From Bacilli bacterium (GTDB taxonomy: Bacteria; Bacillota_I; Bacilli_A; RF39; UBA660): DNA of 64,000 nt. Below the pieces are notes generated by a model, which was not told where the DNA came from, did no database searches, and worked only from the letters and a program-made list of their open reading frames with translations. Both the position numbers and the translations under genes were made by a program. This document shows, piece after piece, positions 29,259 to 37,884 of the stretch. The first letter of the stretch is position 1; every line of letters begins with the position of its first letter. Where the stretch lies: contig JAGAFD010000007.1 in NCBI GenBank assembly GCA_017612805.1, forward strand, positions 170,675-234,674, written 5' to 3'.

Positions 29259-29272
29259 TATTGCGCTATGAT
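29244..29272 (+). promoter_or_regulatory. Consensus sigma-A promoter (TTGACA-17-TATGAT)
   Basis: Read directly; embedded in the CIRCE element. Confidence 0.6.
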
Positions 29273-29357
29273 TTAGGTGTAATAAGAAATTATTATGGGT
29301 ATATTATTGTATAGGTGCTACCTAATCGTAACACGTTATGAAAGGAAGATGATATAT

Positions 29358-29771
29358 ATGATGATTGTACCTAGAAAAAATAGTTTTGATTTACTAGATG
29401 ACTTCTTTAATGATGATGTCTTTACGAAGAGGGATCGTAATTTAATGAAGACCGATATTATTGAAAAGAAAGATAAATATTTATTAAATATTGATCTACC
29501 GGGATTTAGTAAAGATAATATTAAAATATCTTTAGAGAATGGATATCTAAATATCAGTGCTAAGCTTGAAAACGAAGTTAATGAAGAAGAGGATCGTTTT
29601 GTTCGCCAAGAAAGATTCTTTGGGGAATGTAGCAGAAGTTTCTATTTAGGTGATGATATCAAAGAAGAAGATATCGATGCTAAATTTGAAAACGGTATTT
29701 TAAAAGTTAATATTCCTAAAAAGGATTTAATTGATAAAAAAGATACAATAAAAAATATCGAAATAAAATAG
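29358..29771 (+). CDS. Small heat-shock protein (Hsp20/alpha-crystallin family)
   Basis: 137 aa from ATG after AAAGGAAG. Alpha-crystallin domain signatures (DIIEKKDKYLLNIDLPGFSKDNIKI...GILKVNIPK). Confidence 0.8.
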   Translation: MMIVPRKNSFDLLDDFFNDDVFTKRDRNLMKTDIIEKKDKYLLNIDLPGFSKDNIKISLENGYLNISAKLENEVNEEEDRFVRQERFFGECSRSFYLGDDIKEEDIDAKFENGILKVNIPKKDLIDKKDTIKNIEIK

Positions 29772-29797
29772 CCTTTAAATAAAGGCTATTTTTTTTG
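29769..29797. terminator. Bidirectional rho-independent terminator
   Basis: TAGCCTTTA-aat-AAAGGCTA followed by T8; serves convergent genes. Confidence 0.75.
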
Positions 29798-30433
29798 TGT
29801 CAATAATAATTTATTGATGCTTTTTTCAATTTCATCGCTTTCAATAAATTCTTGAACTTTTTTTAATTGCGTATATTGAATTTTACCAACTTTATTAAAA
29901 ACTAGTAATTCGTATATTTTAGGAACGTAAGTTGATGCTTTAACATAATCTTTATTTAATTCGATTAATGCTCTTTTACTTTCAATTTCATTTAAGATAT
30001 CAATACGTTTACTTTCGTTTTCGGTTTGACTAAGTTTTTTAAATAAATCTACTAACTCTTCTTCGTAGTTAATTTTGATAGTATCTTCATAATTTAGTAA
30101 ATCACTAATAGCTGTACGATCTTCTTTTTTAATGCGATCAATAATCATAATAATATCAGGATATTCAATGCGATAACAATCGATTTTATATAATGGAGTA
30201 AATTTGCCATTGCGTTCAACATTACCAATTTGTACAACATTATATGGTTTAATAAATAAATCTAAACTAGTGGGAATTATAGTGTCTTCATAACTATAAA
30301 ACTCTTTAATTGAACACTTATTGATGATTTCGTTACGTAATTCGTCAAGCTTATTTTCATCAAATGAAACATGATATTTTACTAATGATTCGTTTTCTAA
30401 ACTGATGCATATCATGGGCATCTTCCTTTCCAC
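29786..30433 (-). CDS. Hypothetical protein
   Basis: 215-aa ORF; no recognisable motif. Confidence 0.4.
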   Translation of the reverse strand: MERKMPMICISLENESLVKYHVSFDENKLDELRNEIINKCSIKEFYSYEDTIIPTSLDLFIKPYNVVQIGNVERNGKFTPLYKIDCYRIEYPDIIMIIDRIKKEDRTAISDLLNYEDTIKINYEEELVDLFKKLSQTENESKRIDILNEIESKRALIELNKDYVKASTYVPKIYELLVFNKVGKIQYTQLKKVQEFIESDEIEKSINKLLLTQKK

Positions 30434-30550
30434 ACTCGCACTATTATAGCGAATTATATTAGGTAATGCAAGTTAAATTATGTCAATTAATATTATTATA
30501 TATAAATAATTATTTTTATAGATGTTATAATAATATTGAGGTGTTATAAA

Positions 30551-31960
30551 ATGGCTAAAAAAAGAAGTAAAAAGCGCTTATATCGTTTTATTTCAACAAG
30601 TATTTTTTCTTTAATTAGCATTCTTTTTGTATCATCATTATTTCTTTTAAATCTCTTACCGATGTATTATATGATTGGAATTACAATTATATTATTAATT
30701 ATATCAATTGGTATTATTAAATTGATTAATTCTAAATTACATGCTTTAGGAGTTACCTTAGCAACTATTTTAAGCTTAATTTATTTAGTCCTTTCAATTT
30801 ATATAGTACCAACATTAATCTTCTTTGGGGGATTTAGAGAAAAAGTTGATTATAATTATGCTATTTTAGTTTTAAAAGATAGTAATTATAATAAAAAAAG
30901 TGACTTAAAGAATAAAGATGTTTATGTATATAAAGATCGTGATGATTTAAATAAAGATATTTCTAAGAAAGTTAATACTAATGTATTAAATGATGGTGAT
31001 TTTGATAATTTAATTGATAAGTTAGATAATAAAAAGATTGCTGCTGTAGTGGTTGATACTTCTTATTTAGATATGTTAAACGAAGAAAATGATAAGTTTA
31101 TGAATAATTACAAAATCATTGATAAATTTACGATTACTAAATATATTAAGAAGAATAAGAATAATACGGATATTACTAAAAAGCCTTATAATATTTTAAT
31201 TACTGGTATTGATACTTCTGGTAAAGTAAGTGGGGTTGCTCGAAGTGATGTTAATATTTTAGTTACTGTTAATCCTAAAGATAATAAGATTTTATTAACA
31301 AGTATCCCAAGAGATTATTATGTGGAGATTAAAGAAGGTAAAACTAAAGATAAATTAACTCATTCTGGTATATATGGGGTTGAGACAACTAAATATGCCG
31401 TATCAAAATTATTAGATACAGAAATTGATTATTATATTAAGGTTAATTTCTCATCAGTAGTTAATATTGTTGATACGTTAGGTGGTATTGAAATTAATTC
31501 AGATACTAACTTTACCTCAGGTATTTATGAATATAATGAAAAAAGATTTACCTTTAAGCAAGGCAAAAATAAAGTTAATGGTAAACAAGCATTAGCTTTT
31601 GCTCGTGAACGTAAAAGTTTTGTTGATGGTGATCGCAGAAGGAATATTCATCAACAAGAAGTTATTAAAGGTATTCTAAATAAAGTATTAGAACCTAATA
31701 TATTAGTTAAATATAATAGTTTATTAAATACATTATCTGATTCATTTATAACTGATATGGATAGTGATGATATCAAAAAAATTATTAAAAACCAAATTAA
31801 AGATAATAAAAAATGGGAAATAACAAATTCTTATTTAACTGGTAAGGATGGTTATGAGTCAACATATAGTTATAAAGCAAAATTATACGTTATGATTCCC
31901 GATGAAGACAGTGTTAGTGATGCGCAAAGCAAAATTAAAGAATTTATGAAAAGTAACTAG
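30551..31960 (+). CDS. LytR-CpsA-Psr (LCP) family cell-wall glycopolymer phosphotransferase
   Basis: Three N-terminal TMs. LCP core ILITGIDTSGKVSGVARSDVNILVTVNP and SIPRDYYV, with the conserved Arg-rich GDRRRNIHQQ. GAGGTG RBS 7 nt before ATG. Confidence 0.8.
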   Translation: MAKKRSKKRLYRFISTSIFSLISILFVSSLFLLNLLPMYYMIGITIILLIISIGIIKLINSKLHALGVTLATILSLIYLVLSIYIVPTLIFFGGFREKVDYNYAILVLKDSNYNKKSDLKNKDVYVYKDRDDLNKDISKKVNTNVLNDGDFDNLIDKLDNKKIAAVVVDTSYLDMLNEENDKFMNNYKIIDKFTITKYIKKNKNNTDITKKPYNILITGIDTSGKVSGVARSDVNILVTVNPKDNKILLTSIPRDYYVEIKEGKTKDKLTHSGIYGVETTKYAVSKLLDTEIDYYIKVNFSSVVNIVDTLGGIEINSDTNFTSGIYEYNEKRFTFKQGKNKVNGKQALAFARERKSFVDGDRRRNIHQQEVIKGILNKVLEPNILVKYNSLLNTLSDSFITDMDSDDIKKIIKNQIKDNKKWEITNSYLTGKDGYESTYSYKAKLYVMIPDEDSVSDAQSKIKEFMKSN

Positions 31961-31979
31961 TAACTAGTTACTTTTTTTA
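31951..31979 (+). terminator. Rho-independent terminator
   Basis: AGTAACTAG-taa-CTAGTTACT followed by T7. Confidence 0.75.
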
Positions 31980-32045
31980 GCTTATAATGTCGAAGTTATT
32001 TAAATGAAGATTGATTTAGTTTATAGTTTTTTTGAGGTGATAAAT

Positions 32046-32390
32046 TTGTTTGAATTAAAACTAGAATTTAATAAAGGGATTCTCTTTGCAAGATGTAGTG
32101 GTGCATTAGTTAGAGAAGAAGTTATTAAAATCAATCGTGATTTATTAAATTTTTTAATTAATAATGAAGTTAAATATTTAGTTTATAATTTATATAATTT
32201 AAATGAAATTGATAGTGCTGGAATAAATGCTTTATTAAATACGAAATATGTAATTAATAAGCATCAAGGAATGGTAATTGTTTGTGAAGCACCAAATAAA
32301 TTAATGAAGTGCTTTCAAAAAATAAATTTTAATATGGTTAATAATGAAATAGATGCCATTAATTATATGAGGAATGGTTATGGAATATAA
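32046..32390 (+). CDS. STAS-domain anti-sigma-factor antagonist (SpoIIAA-like)
   Basis: About 114 aa from TTG after GAGGTGA. Aligns with B. subtilis SpoIIAA, including the phosphorylatable-Ser block NLNEIDSAGINALL (versus LSFMDSSGLGVIL) and VIVCEAPNKL (versus VVCAISPAVKRL). Confidence 0.65.
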   Translation: MFELKLEFNKGILFARCSGALVREEVIKINRDLLNFLINNEVKYLVYNLYNLNEIDSAGINALLNTKYVINKHQGMVIVCEAPNKLMKCFQKINFNMVNNEIDAINYMRNGYGI

Positions 32391-32982
32391 TGATTTATTG
32401 GAATATGAAGGTTTAATAAGAAGTATTGCTAATAAGTTTTATGGAATTAGTAAAGATGATTTATATCAAGCGGGATTTTTAGGTTTAATAAAAGCTCATC
32501 AAAATTATCATGATCCAAATATTAAGTTTTCAACTTATGCTTATAAATATATTTATGGGGAGATGTATAATTTAGTTTTATCAATCAAGAATGTTAAGGG
32601 TAATAAAAATTTATTAAAGTTAAAAAAAATAATTGATAAGATAAAAGAACATTTAGAAAAGCAATTTAATCGTGAGATATATGATCAAGAAATAATTGAT
32701 TATTTAGGAATTACTTATGCAGAATATGAAATGGCTAATATTACTAATTTATCAATTGAAAATGATTATTATTTAAAAGTAGAAGATTTAAATAAAGATG
32801 AATTATTAACTTTATATGATTCACTTAATAAATTAAGTGCTCTTGACCGTGACTTAATTATCAGAAGATATTTTTATGATTATTCACAACAAGAATTAGC
32901 TAGTATATATGGTACTACCCAAACGAGTATTTCAAGGCATGAAAAAAAATTAATGCAAAAGTTAAATAAATATGTTGCATAA
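32374..32982 (+). CDS. Group-3 sigma-70 factor, SigF/SigG/SigB-like
   Basis: 202 aa. Region 2 FSTYAYKYIYGEM (versus SigF FSTYAVPMIIGEI), region 3, and region 4 SQQELASIYGTTQTSISRHEKKLMQKL. Overlaps the spoIIAA-like gene by 11-17 nt with no intervening anti-sigma gene. Confidence 0.7.
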   Translation: MVMEYNDLLEYEGLIRSIANKFYGISKDDLYQAGFLGLIKAHQNYHDPNIKFSTYAYKYIYGEMYNLVLSIKNVKGNKNLLKLKKIIDKIKEHLEKQFNREIYDQEIIDYLGITYAEYEMANITNLSIENDYYLKVEDLNKDELLTLYDSLNKLSALDRDLIIRRYFYDYSQQELASIYGTTQTSISRHEKKLMQKLNKYVA

Positions 32983-33021
32983 AAATTACCATTTTACCAA
33001 ATAATACTAATGGTGATATTA

Positions 33022-33459
33022 ATGGATAAAATCTATTATCAAGAGTTAGTTAATAAATATATGCCGAAAGTTCCTAAAATAAAAAAAGGACTTAAGGCTT
33101 TTTTATGTGGTGGATTAATAGGAGCCTCATCAGAGTTATTGGCTAGATTATTACAAATAATATTTAAAATGAGTTTAAATAATAGTTATTTATGGGTAGG
33201 AATTATTTTAGTATTAGGAACCGCAATCTTAACTGGCTTAGGAATCTTTGATAATTTGGTTAAAACGTATGAAGCGGGGCTAATCATTCCAACAACGGGT
33301 TTTTCACATTCGGTAATTAGTGGTTCGATGGATGGCCATAAAGAAGGAGTTATTATTGGGATAGCACCTTCGATGTTTAAACTATGTGCATCGGTAATTG
33401 TTAGTGGGGTAGCAGCTAGTTTTATTCTAAGTATCATTGGGTGGTTTATCTATGCTTAG
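33022..33459 (+). CDS. spoVAC: Stage V sporulation protein AC (SpoVAC)
   Basis: About 146-aa four-TM protein with SpoVAC-like sequence (GGLIGASSELLARLL...GLIIPTTGFSHS). Directly downstream of the sigF-like gene, as in clostridial spoVA operons. Confidence 0.7.
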   Translation: MDKIYYQELVNKYMPKVPKIKKGLKAFLCGGLIGASSELLARLLQIIFKMSLNNSYLWVGIILVLGTAILTGLGIFDNLVKTYEAGLIIPTTGFSHSVISGSMDGHKEGVIIGIAPSMFKLCASVIVSGVAASFILSIIGWFIYA

Positions 33460-34393
33460 TAAAAAAGTTAATAATGTTTATTTGCATCAAAATTATGGAA
33501 TAGCCGGTAAGAATGAAAATAATCATGTATTAAAGGATATTAATTTTTTAAAAGATTTTTATGGTGGCGAAGATAGTGTTGAAACGTGTGAAATTAAAAT
33601 GAATGAAATAGTATTAGAAAATTTAATTAATGATCATACTAACTTGGTAATTGGTGGTAATTTAGATAATCAGTTAACGGGAGTATCTTACGCTTTAAAA
33701 AATCGTAATTTAGCTTACTTAGGTATTTATAATGCTTGTGCTACATTTACGGAAGGATTAATTATCGGTAGTAAGTTTTGTTCGAAAAAAGATTTAATAG
33801 TTTTAACTTCATCCCATAATTTAATAAGCGAACGTCAATTTAAGTATCCAATTGAATATGGTAGTCCCAATAAAGATTATGCGACTTTTACAACTACGGG
33901 TAGTATTGGGGTGATTCTTTCTAATCGTCCTTCTAATATACGATTAGAATGTTATACGATTGGTGATGTGATTGATTATGAAGTTTACGATGCATCAAAT
34001 ATGGGTGCGGTAATGGCACCTGGTGCTTATCATACCATTATTAAACATTTAAAAGATTTTAAAAGAGATATTACTTATTACGATTTAATTTTAACAGGAG
34101 ATTTAGGTAAATATGGCTTAATGATTTTAAAAGAATTATTAAAAAAAGATAATATTACGACTAGTAACATTATTGATGCTGGTAGTTTACTTTATCCATT
34201 GGATGATGATAAAGCTGGTGGCAGTGGACCAGTTTGCCTACCTTTAATTCTTTTTAAAAAAGTGCTATTTAATAAAAAATATCAAAGGATATTATTAGTG
34301 GGAACGGGAGCTTTGCATTCGAAAGTGTTGGTTGATCAACATCTTCCTATTCCTACGATAGCGCATGCGGTAGCAATTGAGGTGATAGAATGA
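33452..34393 (+). CDS. spoVAD: Stage V sporulation protein AD (SpoVAD)
   Basis: About 313 aa, thiolase-like. Position between spoVAC and spoVAEb. Start uncertain (TTG 33437 or ATG 33452). Confidence 0.65.
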   Translation: MLSKKVNNVYLHQNYGIAGKNENNHVLKDINFLKDFYGGEDSVETCEIKMNEIVLENLINDHTNLVIGGNLDNQLTGVSYALKNRNLAYLGIYNACATFTEGLIIGSKFCSKKDLIVLTSSHNLISERQFKYPIEYGSPNKDYATFTTTGSIGVILSNRPSNIRLECYTIGDVIDYEVYDASNMGAVMAPGAYHTIIKHLKDFKRDITYYDLILTGDLGKYGLMILKELLKKDNITTSNIIDAGSLLYPLDDDKAGGSGPVCLPLILFKKVLFNKKYQRILLVGTGALHSKVLVDQHLPIPTIAHAVAIEVIE

Positions 34394-34740
34394 TTTTTAT
34401 CTATAGTTTTTTATGCTGTGGAATGTTATGTTTAATCGCCCAAATTTTGTTGGATAATACTAAACTTACACCAGGTCATATTACTTCGATATATACGGTT
34501 ATTGGGGCTTTTTTAGCTTATATAAATGTATATGACCTATTAATTAAATATTGTGGTGCTGGTGCAACTTCAGTAATTACTAATTTTGGTGCTTCCCTTT
34601 ATAAGGGAAGCTATTTAGGAATTCAAAAACATGGTATCTTAGGTTTATTTATGGGGATGTTTAGTAAATCAAGTGCAATAATTACTTCAACAATTATCTT
34701 TGGTTTATTAATTGGATTAATCTTAAAACCACGAGACTAA
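34390..34740 (+). CDS. spoVAEb: Stage V sporulation protein AEb (SpoVAEb)
   Basis: 116-aa polytopic membrane protein. Overlapping ATGA start after spoVAD; size and position match SpoVAEb. Confidence 0.65.
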   Translation: MIFIYSFLCCGMLCLIAQILLDNTKLTPGHITSIYTVIGAFLAYINVYDLLIKYCGAGATSVITNFGASLYKGSYLGIQKHGILGLFMGMFSKSSAIITSTIIFGLLIGLILKPRD

Positions 34741-34762
34741 CTATTGGAATAGTTAGTTTTTT
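34736..34762 (+). terminator. Rho-independent terminator
   Basis: ACTAACTATT-gga-AATAGTTAGT followed by T6. Confidence 0.8.
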
Positions 34763-34796
34763 AGTGTATAATAAGAAATGGAATAGAGGATTGGTT

Positions 34797-35642
34797 ATGG
34801 AAGATAATAATAAGAAAAATTCACCAATATTATTAATTATTTTATTCTTTGTGGTATTAGCATTTATTTTCTTTATGCCAAATATATCAAAACTATTTGA
34901 TAAAGACCCTGAAACAATTGTTGATGACGGAAAAATGCAAACCTTTGATGTAATTAAAGATGATCAAGCAAGCTTATATGATTATAATAGTGATTTAGTA
35001 ATTAATTATGATGGGGTTACTTTAAGTAACTTTGATTTAACAAATGGTTTAGCATTTACTTTAACCAATAATAAAAATAGTGTATTACTTTATAGTGAAA
35101 ATAAATATTATGTTGAATTGTTTGATAATAACAATATGTTAGTTAAAAGATTATTGTTAGTTTTTGATAAAAAACTTAATCCTGAAGAAAAGTATCAATT
35201 TACTTTTGATAAGGTAAGTTTTAGTAAAATAAGTTTGGTTAAGAAAACGATTAATGATTATCCTTATGTCGAATTAACTAAGAATACTGAAGATGAATAT
35301 CAATTAGTATGTAAAAATGATCATAATGAAGAGTATACTTATTATTTTGATATTGATGCTAAGTTATTAAAAATAAAATATACTTTATTTAAAACTAAAT
35401 CATCTGATCAAAGTTATTTAATTGACGCTATTAATTATAAGAATAAGGCGATTGATTTAGATACCAAAGAAGGTATCGATGCTACTTTCCAAGAAAGTTT
35501 AAATGGCTTTGATTATATTAATATTTATGATTTAGAAAATGTTGATAGTAAAGATTTAAATAATAGTTATCTATTTGCAAAAGATACTTTAAGTAAAGTG
35601 GTTAACTTTGAAGTAAGTAGTCAAGGCTTTACTTGTAAATAA
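34797..35642 (+). CDS. Bitopic membrane protein with C-terminal LVC...GFTCK module (paralog of 16592-17914 C-terminus)
   Basis: About 281 aa. N-terminal TM SPILLIILFFVVLAFIFFM. C-terminus YQLVCKNDH...SSQGFTCK matches KLVCTKTK...TKSGFTCK of the other gene. GAGGA RBS 6 nt before ATG. Confidence 0.5.
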   Translation: MEDNNKKNSPILLIILFFVVLAFIFFMPNISKLFDKDPETIVDDGKMQTFDVIKDDQASLYDYNSDLVINYDGVTLSNFDLTNGLAFTLTNNKNSVLLYSENKYYVELFDNNNMLVKRLLLVFDKKLNPEEKYQFTFDKVSFSKISLVKKTINDYPYVELTKNTEDEYQLVCKNDHNEEYTYYFDIDAKLLKIKYTLFKTKSSDQSYLIDAINYKNKAIDLDTKEGIDATFQESLNGFDYINIYDLENVDSKDLNNSYLFAKDTLSKVVNFEVSSQGFTCK

Positions 35643-35659
35643 AAATAGTGGGGGATATT

Positions 35660-36379
35660 ATGGATATCAAGTTTTTAATAAATGATTTTGAAGGTCCATT
35701 AGATTTATTATTACATTTAGTAAAAGAATCAAAAATGGATATTTTAAATATTAATACTAATGAAATAATTGAACAGTATTTAAACTATATTCATGAAATG
35801 AAGAATTTAAATATTGATGTTGCATCAGAATACTTAGTAATGGCATCCGAATTAGTTCATTTAAAAAGTAAGTTAGTATTAAATATTAATGATGAAGAAA
35901 ACAACGATAGCGAATATGAACTTAATAGTGAAGAAGATTTAAAAAATAAATTAATTGAATATGAAAAATATAAAAATATGGCGCCACAATTTAAAGATTT
36001 AGCTTCTAAAAGAAGTGAAGTATTTACTAAGCTTCCGGAAAGTTTTAGTGAATATCAAAAAGAAGCTAAATTAAGTAGTGATATTACTTTAGATGATTTA
36101 ATTAATGCATTTTTAAATTTTCAAAAAAGGGAAGAGTTAAATCGCCCTTTAGAAACAACGATTACTAAAAAAGAATTAAGTGTTGAAGAACGTACGAAAA
36201 CGATTAGAAATATCTTAAAAGTTAAGAAGAAGATGAATTTTTTAGATTTATTTGATAAAATAAATAAGGAATATGTAATTGTTACTTTTTTATCACTTCT
36301 TGAAATGAGTAAAGATCAAGAAATTAAGATTACACAAACAGATAATTTTAGTAACATTTTTATAGAAAGTATGATTTAA
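35660..36379 (+). CDS. scpA: Segregation and condensation protein A
   Basis: MDIKFLINDFEGPLDLLLHLVKESKMDILNI is the classical ScpA N-terminus; followed by scpB. Confidence 0.9.
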   Translation: MDIKFLINDFEGPLDLLLHLVKESKMDILNINTNEIIEQYLNYIHEMKNLNIDVASEYLVMASELVHLKSKLVLNINDEENNDSEYELNSEEDLKNKLIEYEKYKNMAPQFKDLASKRSEVFTKLPESFSEYQKEAKLSSDITLDDLINAFLNFQKREELNRPLETTITKKELSVEERTKTIRNILKVKKKMNFLDLFDKINKEYVIVTFLSLLEMSKDQEIKITQTDNFSNIFIESMI

Positions 36380-36380
36380 G

Positions 36381-36944
36381 ATGAACTTACAAGCGGTGTT
36401 AGAAGGTTTATTATTTGTAGTTGGTGATGAAGGTTTAACCCTAGATCAAATCTGTGATGTTTTAGAAGTAGATAAAGAAATAGCTAAAGATTTATTAATG
36501 GGTTTAAAACAAACTTATGAAGATGATAATCGCGGAATTAGAATTAGTTTTTTAGGTGATGCTTTTAAATTAACAACGAAAGTAGAACATCGTCCTTATT
36601 ATGAAAAATTAATGGATAATCCAGAAACAAATACATTAAGTGAACAAGCTTTAGAAGTATTAGCAATTGTTGCTTATAATCAACCTATTACCAGAGTAGA
36701 AGTTGATAGTATTCGTGGTGTTAATTCAAGTTATGCCATTCGTAAGTTAGTGGCTAAAGGATTATTAAAAGAAGCTGGTAAAAGTGATATGCCAGGAAGA
36801 CCTAATTTATATAAAACTACTTCTGAATTCTTAGATTATTTTGGCTTAGCAACCATTAATGATTTACCAAAGATGGAAAGTAAAGACTTATCCGCTAAAG
36901 AAGCTGATTTATTTACATCCATTTATAAAGAAGAAAATAATTAA
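36381..36944 (+). CDS. scpB: Segregation and condensation protein B
   Basis: LQAVLEGLLFVVGDEGLTLDQI and a winged-helix tandem typical of ScpB. Confidence 0.9.
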   Translation: MNLQAVLEGLLFVVGDEGLTLDQICDVLEVDKEIAKDLLMGLKQTYEDDNRGIRISFLGDAFKLTTKVEHRPYYEKLMDNPETNTLSEQALEVLAIVAYNQPITRVEVDSIRGVNSSYAIRKLVAKGLLKEAGKSDMPGRPNLYKTTSEFLDYFGLATINDLPKMESKDLSAKEADLFTSIYKEENN

Positions 36945-36969
36945 AATATTATGACTTATATGTTATAAT
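36941..36969 (+). promoter_or_regulatory. Promoter with extended -10 (TTAAAA-17-TGtTATAAT) for tRNA-Leu
   Basis: Read directly; -10 ends 10 nt before the tRNA. Confidence 0.5.
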
Positions 36970-36979
36970 CTTTTTAATT

Positions 36980-37067
36980 GCCCGTTTGGCGAAATTGGTA
37001 GACGCGTTGGACTCAAAATCCAATAGTAGCGATACTGTGTCGGTTCAAGTCCGACAACGGGCACCAT
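36980..37067 (+). tRNA. tRNA-Leu (CAA)
   Basis: 88 nt with long variable arm. Acceptor GCCCGTT/AACGGGC, anticodon arm TTGGA-CTCAAAA-TCCAA, T-loop GGTTCAAGTCC, encoded CCA. Confidence 0.85.
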
Positions 37068-37076
37068 TTAGTAATT

Positions 37077-37105
37077 AACTGATATTTTAAAATATCAGTT
37101 TTTCT
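37077..37105 (+). terminator. Rho-independent terminator
   Basis: Perfect palindrome AACTGATATTTT/AAAATATCAGTT followed by T5. Confidence 0.75.
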
Positions 37106-37134
37106 TTGCGTATTTATGCTAAATATATTATAAT
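37106..37134 (+). promoter_or_regulatory. Sigma-A promoter (TTGCGT-17-TATAAT)
   Basis: Read directly upstream of the second tasA-like gene. Confidence 0.5.
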
Positions 37135-37157
37135 TAATAGTATAGAGGAAGATCGAT

Positions 37158-37784
37158 ATGGGTAAGAGTAATATTAAGGTTCAAATCGTTATTATATCTG
37201 TTTTGCTTTTAATTATTGTAGGTAGTCTTTCCTACGCTTATTTTGATACTCAATTAACAAAAAATGGTAGTGCTACGGTAAATGTTAATGCTTCAAGTTT
37301 AAAGATTAATTATGCGGATGGACCAAACATTACTTTTAACGAAATGCTTCCGGGTTTAACAATTATCAAAACATTTACGGTTAGTAATACCGGTAGTGAG
37401 GCTGTTAATTATAATATTAATATGATTGATGTATTAAATGAATTATCAAGAACGAGTGATTTAGTTTATACTTTAACTGCTACTAATGGTGGTGCTGCAA
37501 CACAATCAACGCAAGAATTTCCGACTGCTAATACAACAATGTTTGGAAATGTATCAATTGCATCTGGGGTTACCCAAACTTATACATTAACCATTGTTTA
37601 TCAAAATTTAAGTGTTGATCAATCAGTTGATATGGGTTCACATATTAATGGTACGATTCAAGTAGTAGATGTTAGTAATGTAATTTCAATTAATGCTAAT
37701 AATATTTCTTATTCAAATGCTGCTAATCCAAATGTTCATACGGTAGCAGATGCCCTTGATGATTTATCCAATAAATTAAACTAA
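37158..37784 (+). CDS. TasA/camelysin-like secreted protein with SipW-cognate signal peptide (paralog 2)
   Basis: 208 aa. Signal/TM then SLSYAYFDTQLTKNGSATV. Shares blocks with 3752-4360 (NI.ITY, PG.T, TF.V.N.G, Y...W.DV, LVYTL). Confidence 0.55.
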   Translation: MGKSNIKVQIVIISVLLLIIVGSLSYAYFDTQLTKNGSATVNVNASSLKINYADGPNITFNEMLPGLTIIKTFTVSNTGSEAVNYNINMIDVLNELSRTSDLVYTLTATNGGAATQSTQEFPTANTTMFGNVSIASGVTQTYTLTIVYQNLSVDQSVDMGSHINGTIQVVDVSNVISINANNISYSNAANPNVHTVADALDDLSNKLN

Positions 37785-37818
37785 AAAAGAAGCTTTTAGC
37801 TTCTTTTTTATTTTTTTA
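37785..37818 (+). terminator. Rho-independent terminator
   Basis: AAAGAAGCT-ttt-AGCTTCTTT followed by a T-run. Confidence 0.8.
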
Positions 37819-37884
37819 AAATTATCTTGAAATATTTAAGTTTTTTATTTATAATACTTACTACCAAAAAAGAGGGGATTTAAA

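Noticed and set aside
34763-34772. TGTATAAT upstream of 34797 as an extended -10 promoter.
   Set aside because: The TG is directly adjacent to the hexamer, in the wrong register for an extended -10. It also overlaps the spoVA terminator T-run, so it is left unannotated.
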